This document shows, piece after piece, positions 53,583 to 64,000 of a DNA stretch of 64,000 bases; the first letter of the stretch is position 1; every line of letters starts with the position of its first letter. A model generated the notes under the pieces. The model worked only from the letters and a program-made list of their open reading frames with translations, was not told where the DNA came from and made no database searches. The DNA is from Eledone cirrhosa (lineage: Eukaryota): assembly GCA_964016885.1 (NCBI GenBank), contig OZ024766.1:21204001-21268000 (forward strand), read 5' to 3'. Made by a program: the position numbers and the translations under genes.

Positions 53583-53708
53583 TCATTGGCATTCCACCAA
53601 TAGAATCAGAACTTTTGTTACACATGTGTGTATGTATGTATATATATATATATATATGTGTGTGCATGTTTAAATATGTATATATGTGTGTATATAAATA
53701 AATGTATA

Positions 53709-54590
53709 TAGTGTTGTTTTGTACTAAATGTTTATAGTATCTTTACTGGTGGACAGATTGTTGTGAATATTTACAGTATTACAGTAAAGACTTTAATATT
53801 TAATGTGATGTAGTCATAGTGTTGTTTTGTACTAAATGTTTATAGTATCTTTACTGGTGGACAGATTGTTGTGAATATTTACAGTATTACAGTAAAGACT
53901 TTAATATTTAATGTGATGTAGTCATAGTGTTGTTTTCTACTAAATGTTTATAGTATCTTTACTGGTGGACAGATTGTTGTGAATATTTACAGTATTACAG
54001 TAAAGACTTTAATATTTAATGTGATGTAGTCATAGTGTTGTTTTGTACTAAATGTTTATAGTATCTTTACTGGTGGACAGATTGTTGTGAATATTTACAG
54101 TATTACAGTAAAGACTTTAATATTTAATGTGATGTAGTCATAGTGTTGTTTTCTACTAAATGTTTATAGTATCTTTACTGGTGGACAGATTGTTGTGAAT
54201 ATTTACAGTATTACAGTAAAGACTTTAATATTTAATGTGATGTAGTCATAGTGTTGTTTTGTACTAAATGTTTATAGTATCTTTACTGGTGGACAGATTG
54301 TTGTGTATATTTACAGTATTACAGTAAAGCCTTTAATATTTAATGTGATGTAGTCATAGTGTTGTTTTGTACTAAATGTTTATAGTATCTTTACTGGTGG
54401 ACAGATTGTTGTGAATATTTACAGTATTACAGTAAAGACTGTAATATTGAATGTGATGTAGTCATAGTGTTGTTTTCTACTAAATGTTTATAGTATCTTT
54501 ACTGGTGGACAGATTGTTGTGAATATTTACAGTATTACAGTAAAGACTTTAATATTTAATGTGATGTAGTCATAGTGTTGTTTTGTACTT
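53709..54590. repeat. 108-bp tandem repeat (~8 copies)
   Basis: gtgttgttttgtactaaatg...gtgatgtagtcata recurs at 53711, 53819, 53927 and onward. Confidence 0.93.
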
Positions 54591-54649
54591 TACAAGAATG
54601 TGTTATGATAAAATTCACCCAGTACACTCTGTAAAGTGGTAGTGTTGAT

Positions 54650-55247
54650 GTCTGTACAGCCACAGTAGTACCGGAGGAGAGCAACTTCAAATGTAGTCGC
54701 TGTATAGGGGACTGTCACCCTGTGTGGGCCTTTAGAGCGACAGTAAAACTAGGCGAGAGCTGTATACAGGTCTGTACAGCCACAGTTGTACCAGAGGAGG
54801 GCATCTACCAATGTAGTCACTGTATAAAGGACTGCCACCCCTGTGTGGGTCTGTACAGCCACAATAGTACTAGAGGAGGGCATCTACCAATGTAGTCACA
54901 TATAAGAGAAGACTGAGCTGGTATAGACATGTGGTGTGTATGGATGGTGATTGTTGGGTGAAGAAGTGTCAGGAGTTCCCTGTGGAAGGAAGTTGCAGTA
55001 GAGGATGACCTGGGTATAAGAGGAGACTGCACTGGTATAGACATGTGGTGTGTATGGATGGTGACTCTTGGGTGAAGAAGTGTCAGGAGTTCCCTGTGGA
55101 AGGAAGTTGCAGTAGAGGAAGACCTGGGTATAAGAGAAGACTGCACTGGTATAGACATGTGGTGTGTATGGATGGTGATTGTTGGGTGAAGAAGTGTCAG
55201 GAGTTCCCTGTGGAAGGAAGTTGCAGTAGAGGATGACCAAGGAAGGC
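54650..55247 (+). mobile_element. RTE LINE relics including a 114-bp coding fragment in 3 tandem copies
   Basis: RRLHWYRHVVCMDGDCWVKKCQEFPVEGSCSRG repeats at 54901, 55015 and 55129; homologous to 255-365. Confidence 0.8.
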
Positions 55248-55349
55248 CTAGTCCCCAGGCTAGCTGTAAAATGTGTACCTAGCAATTTAGCATCTCTCGC
55301 TAGCTTTACAATACATATGCGTGTATATCTTGCTAGATTTGCTTTGGAA

Positions 55350-57890
55350 TGTGTACCTGGGTATATAACACCCTAGGCTAGCTCTACAATGTGTACCTGG
55401 GTATATAACACCCTAGGCTAGCTCTACAATGTGTACCTGGGTATTTAACACCCTAGGCTAGCTCTACAGTGTGTACATGGGTATATAACACCCTAGGCTA
55501 GCTCTACAATGTGTACCTGGGTATATAACACCCTAGACTAGCTCTACAATGTGTACCTCGGTATATAACACCCTAGGCTAGCTCTACAATGTGTACCTGG
55601 GTATATAACACCCTAGGCTAGCTCTACAATGTGTAACTGGGTATATAACACCCTAGGCTAGCTCTACAATGTGTACCTGGGTATATAACACCCTAGGCTA
55701 GCTCTACAGTGTGTACCTCGGTATATAACACCCTAGGCTAGCTCTACAATGTGTACCTGGGTATATAACACCCTAGGCTAGCTCTACAATGTGTAACTGG
55801 GTATATAACACCCTAGGCTAGCTCTACAATGTGTACCTGGGTATATAACACCCTAGGCTAGCTCTACAATGTGTACCTGGGTATATAACACCCTAGGCTA
55901 GCTCTACAGTATGTAACTGGGTATATAACACCCTAGACTAGCTCTACAGTGTGTACCTGGGTATATAACACCCTAGGCTACCTCTACAGTGTGTACCAGG
56001 GTATATAACACCCTAGACTAGCTCTACAATGTGTACCTGGGTATTTAACACCCTAGACTAGCTCTACAATGTGTACCTGGGTATATAACACCCTAGACTA
56101 GCTCTACAGTGTGTACCTGGGTATATAACACCCTAGACTAGCTCTACAATGTATACCTGGGTATATAACACCCTAGGCTAGCTCTACAGTGTGTACCTGG
56201 GTATATAACACCCTAGACTAGCTCTACAATGTGTACCTGGGTATATAATACCCTAGGCCAGCTCTACAATGTGTACCTGGGTATATAACACCCTAGGGTA
56301 GCTCTACAATGTGTACTTGGGTATATAACACCCTAGGGTAGCTCTACAATGTGTACCTGGGTATTTAACACCCTAGGCTACCTCTACAATGTGTACCTGG
56401 GTATATAACACCCTAGACTAGCTCTACAATGTTTACCTGGGTATATAACACCCTAGGCCAGCTCTACAATGTGTACCTGGGTATATAACACCCTAGACTA
56501 GCTCTACAATGTGTACCTGGGTATATAACACCCTAGGCTAGCTCTACAATGTGTACCTGGGTATATAACACCCTAGACTAGCTCTACAATGTGTACCTGG
56601 GTATATAACACCCTAGGGTAGCTCTACAATGTGTACTTGGGTATATAACACCCTAGGCTAGCTCTACAATGTGTACCTGGGTATATAACACCCTAGGCTA
56701 GCTCTACAGTGTGTACCTGGGTATATAACACCCTAGGCTAGCTCTACAATGTGTACCTGGGTATATAACACCCTAGGCTAGCTCTACAGTGTGTACCTGG
56801 GTATATAACACCCTAGGCTAGCTCTACAATGTGTACCTGGGTATATAACACCCTAGACTAGCTCTACAGTGTGTACCTGGGTATATAACACGCTAGACTA
56901 GCTCTACAATGTTTACCTGGGTATTTAACACGCTAGACTAGCTCTACAATGTTTACCTGGGTATTTAACACCCTAGACTAGCTCTACAATGTTTATCTGG
57001 GTATATAACACCCTAGGCTAGCTCTACAGTGTGTACCTGGGTATATAACACGCTAGACTAGCTCTACAATGTTTACCTGGGTATTTAACACGCTAGACTA
57101 GCTCTACAATGTTTACCTGAGTATTTAACACCCTAGACTAGCTCTACAATGTTTATCTGGGTATATAACACCCTAGGCTAGCTCTACAGTGTGTACCTTA
57201 GTATATAACACCCTAGACTAGCTCTACAGTGTGTACCTGGGTATTTAACACGCTAGACTAGCTCTACAATGTTTACCTGGGTATATAACACCCTAGACTA
57301 GCTCTACAATGTTTACCTGGGTATATAACACCCTAGGCTAGCTCTACAATGTGTAACTGGGTATATAACACCCTAGGCTAGCTCTACAATGTGTACCTGG
57401 GTATATAACACCCTAGACTAGCTCTACAATGTGTACCTGGGTATATAACACCCTAGGGTAGCTCTACAATGTGTACTTGGGTATATAACACCCTAGGCTA
57501 GCTCTACAATGTGTACTTGGGTATATAACACCCTAGGCTAGCTCTACAGTGTGTACCTGGGTATATAACACCCTAGGCTAGCTCTACAGTGTGTACCTGG
57601 GTATATAACACCCTAGGCTAGCTCTACAATGTGTACCTGGGTATATAACACCCTAGACTAGCTCTACAGTGTGTACCTGGGTATATAACACGCTAGACTA
57701 GCTCTACAATGTTTACCTGGGTATTTAACACGCTAGACTAGCTCTACAATGTTTACCTGGGTATTTAACACCCTAGACTAGCTCTACAATGTGTACCTTA
57801 GTATATAACACCCTAGACTAGCTCTACAGTGTGTACCTGGGTATATAACACCCTAAGCTAGCTTTACAATCTGTACCTGGTTATTTAGCA
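55350..57890. repeat. 40-bp minisatellite (~63 copies)
   Basis: Unit gtgtacctgggtatataacaccctaggctagctctacaat, with no indels along the array. Confidence 0.97.
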
Positions 57891-58329
57891 CACTAGGACC
57901 GCGTACATACAAACACACATACATATAAATACATACAAACATATACATACATATATACATATATATATATACATAGATACACGGTCACACAACCCCTATT
58001 TGCCTCTAAATGGGACGAATCCGTCTAACCCATGCTGGAGTGGAAGATGGACGTTAAACGATGATGATGATGATACATACATACATACATACACATATAT
58101 ACACACACACACACACATATATATATATACATACGAAACCAGAACATTATATATATATACACACACACACACACATATATATATATATGTATATATAGGA
58201 ACAAGTATGACCCCGACGGCAGAGCTCAAGCCGTTTCGACTCTACTACCCTAAGTATTGAGTACTTTGGTGCGTTATGGTCCACCTGGTTCCTTACCACA
58301 ATTCTTTCGTTATATATATATATACACAC

Positions 58330-58360
<31 letters not shown>

Positions 58361-58476
58361 TATATATATATATACATATATATATATACACATATACATA
58401 TATATATATATATATATATATGTGTATACACATATATGTATATATATATATACATATATGTGTATACACATATATG

Positions 58477-58552
<76 letters not shown>

Positions 58553-58634
58553 CATATGTATATATATATATACATATGTATATATATATATACATATGTA
58601 TATATATATATACATATATATATATATACATATG

Positions 58635-58666
<32 letters not shown>

Positions 58667-58674
58667 CATATGTA

Positions 58675-58709
<35 letters not shown>

Positions 58710-58710
<1 letters not shown>

Positions 58711-58813
58711 AGAGCCTCTACAGGACTAGAACTGTTTCATTCGTGAGAAATCATCGGGGAGCTCCCTGATGATTTCTCACGGATGAAACAGTTCTAGTCC
58801 TGTAGAGGCTCTT
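58710..58813. repeat. ~104-bp spacerless palindrome containing a hammerhead-like core
   Basis: aagagcctctacaggactagaactgtttca...gggagctccc...tgaaacagttctagtcctgtagaggctctt, 2 mismatches. Confidence 0.9.
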
Positions 58814-58866
58814 CTATATTAAAACTTTTACACTCTGCTATGTATTGAGTACGTTACTTACTGTGG

Positions 58867-58902
<36 letters not shown>

Positions 58903-59039
58903 CTATATACAAATATATACTATATACAACATTATATATAAATATATACTATATACACAATATATACACCCGGATACAAATTGTCTTGTCATTCAGACAA
59001 TGTGTTTATATGATGGACACGAAATAAGTCTCCCAAGCA

Positions 59040-60467
59040 CATATATATGTATATATATGTATATATATGTATATATATGGGCGTGTATATATATATATGG
59101 GCGTGTGTGTGTATATATATATATGTGTGTGTCTGTGTGTATATTTATATATATATATATGTGTGTCTGTGTGTATATTTATATATATATATATGTGTGT
59201 CTGTGTGTATATTTATTTATATATATATGTGTGTCTGTGTGTATATATGTGTGTCTGTGTGTGTATATATGTGTGTGTGCCTGTGTGTGTATATATATAT
59301 GTGTGTGGTGTGTATATTTATATATATATATATGTGTCTGTGTGTATATTTATTTATATATATATGTGTGTCTGTGTGTGTCTGTGTGTATATATGTGTG
59401 TCTGTGTGTGTATATATGTGTGTGTGCCTGTGTGTGTATATATTTATGTGTTTGTCTGTGTGTATATATGTGTGTATATATATATGTGTCTGTGTATATA
59501 TATATATGTGTGTGTGTCTGTGTATATATATATGTGTGTGTGTGCCTGTGTGTGTATATATATATGTGTGTGTCTGTGTGTGTATATATATATGTGTGTC
59601 TGTGTATATATTTATGTGTTTGTCTGTGTGTATATATGTGTGTATATATATATGTGTCTGTGTATATATATATATGTGTGTGTGTCTGTGTATATATATA
59701 TGTGTGTGTGTGCCTGTGTGTGTATATATATGTGTGTGTGTGTCTGTGTGTGTATATATATATGTGTGTGTCTGTGTATATATTTATGTGTTTGTCTGTG
59801 TGTATATATATATGTGTCTGTGTATATATATATATGTGTGTGTGTCTGTGTATATATATATGTGTGTGTGTGCCTGTGTGTGTATATATATATGTGTGTG
59901 CCTGTGTGCGTATATATATATGTGTCTGTATATATTTATATGTGTTTGTCTGTGTGTATATATTTATATGTGTTTGTCTGTGTGTATATATGTGTCTGTG
60001 TGTGTGTATATATATATATATGTCTGTGTATATTTATATATATATATATATATGTGTGTGTGTCTGTGTGTATATATATGTGTGTGTGTGCCTGTGTGTG
60101 TATATATATATGTGTGTGTCTGTGTGTGTATATATATATATGTGTCTGTGTATATTTATATATATATGTGTGTCTGTGTGTATATATATATGTGTGTGTG
60201 TCTGTGTGTATATATATGTGTGTGTGTGTCTGTGTGTGTATATATATATGTGTGTGTGTCTGTGTGTAAATATGTGTGTCTGTGTGTATATATATGTGTG
60301 TGTATGTATATATATATATATGTATGTGTATATACATGTGTGTATATACATGTATGTATATATATGTATGTTTGCGTGTATATATATATATATATATATA
60401 AATAATGGGAACGTCTAACATCCTATCTTTAGTTTTGGCATATAAAATGTTTATCAGCACAGACTCG

Positions 60468-60499
<32 letters not shown>

Positions 60500-60514
60500 C
60501 GTAATATATACGTA

Positions 60515-60551
<37 letters not shown>

Positions 60552-60620
60552 ACGGGGACGATAAAATAAAGTACCAGTAATACACTGAGGTAATTGCTGG
60601 CCTTGTGCCAAAAGTAGAAA

Positions 60621-60669
<49 letters not shown>

Positions 60670-60719
60670 TTCTGTGTCTGTGTGTGTGTGTATATAATAT
60701 ATACTTTTGTGAGTGTATA

Positions 60720-60802
<83 letters not shown>

Positions 60803-60820
60803 ATATATATCTTTCGTGTG

Positions 60821-60852
<32 letters not shown>

Positions 60853-60993
60853 TATATATAAAGGTGTGTATATATGTATATACACACCTTTATATACATA
60901 CATATATATATATATGTATATACACACCTTTATATATATATATGTATATAAAGGTGTGTATATATATATATATATATATGTATGTATATAAAG

Positions 60994-61035
<42 letters not shown>

Positions 61036-61041
61036 ATAAAG

Positions 61042-61095
<54 letters not shown>

Positions 61096-61165
61096 ATATA
61101 AAGGTGTGTGTATATATATATGTATATAAAGGTGTGTATATATGTATATATATATGTATATAAAG

Positions 61166-61219
<54 letters not shown>

Positions 61220-61392
61220 ATATAAAGGTGTGTATATATATATATATATATGTATATAAAGGTGTGTATATATAAATGTACCGAGGTAAATTATTTCGCA
61301 AGAACGGAGCAAAAACTATATCTGGGTTAGCATGGTGGAGTTGGGGTGTATATATATATATATACACTGTATACACACTGTATACACTTCAT

Positions 61393-61423
<31 letters not shown>

Positions 61424-61488
61424 CACACTATATACACACACACACATATATATATATATACACACTATACACACTGTATACACTTCAT

Positions 61489-61519
<31 letters not shown>

Positions 61520-61589
61520 CTATATACACTATACACACACACACACATATATATATATATACACACACTATATACACACACACACACAC

Positions 61590-61673
<84 letters not shown>

Positions 61674-61813
61674 CAGCGCGCCCCTGGACTGCGGAATAAA
61701 CATACACTTAATACACACATATATATATATATATATATGTGTATATATATATATATATATAATATATTATATTATATATTTATAGATTCATGTGAGAGAG
61801 GGGTGTATAAATA

Positions 61814-61853
<40 letters not shown>

Positions 61854-62041
61854 AATATGTGTGTATATATATATATATATATACACACATATATTTATTT
61901 ATAATACAAAGGAATTTGTGCATATATAAACACACACACACAATCTCTGTTCGTAGAAAAAGGTGTGTATATATATATTGTGTATATATATATATATATA
62001 TATACACATATATATACACACACACATGTATATATATATAT

Positions 62042-62072
<31 letters not shown>

Positions 62073-62226
62073 CACACATATATACACACACATCTACATG
62101 TATATATATATATATACACACACACATATATATACACTACACGCACACACATATATACACACATACACACACACACACATTATATATATACACACTATAT
62201 ATACACACATATATACATACATATAT
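59040..62226. repeat. Compound TA/TG/CA microsatellite region with a small OK-SINE fragment (60552-60620)
   Basis: Low-complexity dinucleotide sequence; includes recurrent tataaaggtgtgta. Confidence 0.9.
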
Positions 62227-62309
62227 GGCTTCGCATTCAAAAGTGTGCTGTGAATGTATTTATTTACGTATAGACGAAAGCTAGACAAGTCTTATAACCA
62301 GATGGAGGG

Positions 62310-63614
62310 ATGCTATAGACGGGGTATGTAGATAGATATTTAGGTGGGTAGAGGGGTAGATAAATAGATATTTAGGTAGGCAGGTAGATAGGGGGCTGGT
62401 ATAGAGGGGTATCTAAGTAGATATGTTTCTTTATTAGCCACAGAGGCACAAAAGAAGGGGACAAGTACAAAGGGGGAAGTTTACTTACAATAAAAACGTG
62501 TAAAACAATATCACATAGGTAGATAGAGGGGTGGTATAGACGGGGTAGGTAGATAGTTAGGCGTGGTATAGACGGGGTAGGTAGATAGTTAGGTAGATAG
62601 AGGGCTGGTATAGAGGGGTATCTAAGTAGATATATTTCTTTATTAGCCACAAGGGCACACAAGAAGGGGACAAGTACAATGGGGGGAAGTTTACTTACAA
62701 TAAAAAAAGTGTAAAACAATATCACATAGGTAGATAGGTTGATATGGTGTGGTATACACGGGGTAGGTAGATAGAGGGCTGGTATAGAGGGGTATCTAAG
62801 TAGATATGTTTCTTTATTAGCCACAAGGGCACAAAAGAAGGGGACAAGTACAATGGGGGGAAGTTTACTTACAATAAAAAAAGTGTAAAACAATATCACA
62901 TAGGTAGATAAGTAGATAGAGGGGTGGTATATATGGGGTAGGTAGGTAGATAGATAAAGGGGTGGTATAGAGGGGTATCTAAGTAGATATGTTTCTTTAT
63001 TAGCCACAGGGGCACAAAAGAAGGGGACAAGTACAATGGGGGGAAGTTTACTTACAATAAAAATGTGTAAAACAATATCACATAGGTAGATAAGTAGATA
63101 AGGGGTGGTATACACGGGGTAGGTAGATAGTTAGATAGATAAAGGGGTGGTATAGATGGATAGATAGATATGTTTCTTTATTGGCCACAGGGGCACAAAA
63201 GAAGGGGACAAATACAAAGGGGGAAGTTTACATACAATAAAAACGTGTAAAATGTTATCACAAATGCAATTTAAAAATTACTCGATTTTCCCCAATAGGG
63301 GGAGACAGTTCATATGGGTAACATATACCCCCGAAAAAATGTGAAACCCTCATCTCCAGGAGTACGAAGAGTGAGTACCCCTTTCCTCTCTTCCTTTTTT
63401 TCTCAACCTACAGGCCGATATAGAGAGAAGGCCCATTCACTGGGGCCATTCTCGCCACTTTCACCCACCTTTCATAAAACTTGCTGGGGTACAGCACCTC
63501 TCTCTCCATCCTGACTCTTCTTCCAAAGTGGTATTTGAAAAAAAGAATCAGTTGTTGGCCGGAGAGAAAGGTGTCTGACCTCAGCCCTTTCAACCTTGTC
63601 GCCATAGCTATCAC

Positions 63615-63651
<37 letters not shown>

Positions 63652-63770
63652 TATTGATTTCTATTTATTGCCACTAGGGCGCAAAAGAAGGGGACAAATA
63701 CAAGGGGGGAGTTTACACAAAAAGGCGAGTAAAGAAATAACAAATAACAAATATAAAATTAACAATAAAG
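62310..63770 (-). mobile_element. L1/Tx1-like LINE 3' end (ORF2 C-terminus at ~63408-63605) with tandemly repeated 3' UTR/AATAAA/(TCTA)n units of ~180-230 bp
   Basis: Reverse-complement unit ttgtccccttcttttgtgcccttgtggctAATAAAgaaa plus tcta-rich tail in 5 copies, plus a sixth at ~63655-63725. The peptide TRLKGLRSDTFLSGQQLILFFKYH...ERWVKVARM resembles Tx1-type ORF2 ends (recalled). Confidence 0.65.
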
Positions 63771-63837
63771 TCCTCAATAGGGAGGGGGCGTTTGGGGGGG
63801 TCGCATACACCCCCGAAATATATATATATATATAAAT

Positions 63838-63893
<56 letters not shown>

Positions 63894-64000
63894 GATATTA
63901 ACAAATGGTTGTCTTTTCTCAGAGTATGTCAATAGAATTAGTTTTATAAATAAATATTGACATACTCTGAGAAAAGACAACCTTAACGGTTATTTTATCT

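Noticed and set aside
63408-63605. MATRLKGLRS... as the start exon of the CTTNBP2NL-like gene
   Set aside because: The peptide continues as a LINE ORF2-like C-terminus followed by a 3' UTR, AATAAA and simple-repeat tail, so it is better explained as a truncated retrotransposon.

Overview
Repeat-dense, AT-rich eukaryotic DNA, most likely from an octopod cephalopod (inferred from OK-like and OR-like tRNA-derived SINEs and RTE tails). Two convergent spliced genes can be reconstructed by hand. On +, the last two coding exons of a TMA16 homologue lie at 620-662 and 10195-10456, with a ~9.4-kb 48-bp minisatellite filling the intron between them. On -, a CTTNBP2/CTTNBP2NL (Nausicaa-like) gene has phase-0 exons at 43022-43123, 39714-39953, 36921-37028, a 2001-bp GC-rich exon at 33438-35438 and a likely terminal exon at 19780-19803. 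It also has a candidate 12-nt microexon at 49045-49056; the start exon was not found. Almost all long ORFs in the track are artefacts of tandem repeats. The main pattern is that most large minisatellites (48, 49, 60/72, 65, 77, 80, 96, 114 and ~185 bp units) can be traced to a sub-segment of a SINE, a piggyBac-type MITE or a LINE end, amplified in place, with unamplified parent copies in the same window. Also seen: long palindromes and hammerhead-ribozyme-like cores (Penelope-like remnants, inferred), inverted SINE pairs in introns, and a cluster of RFX X-box-like motifs. All homology calls are from recall of family motifs; no searches were run.
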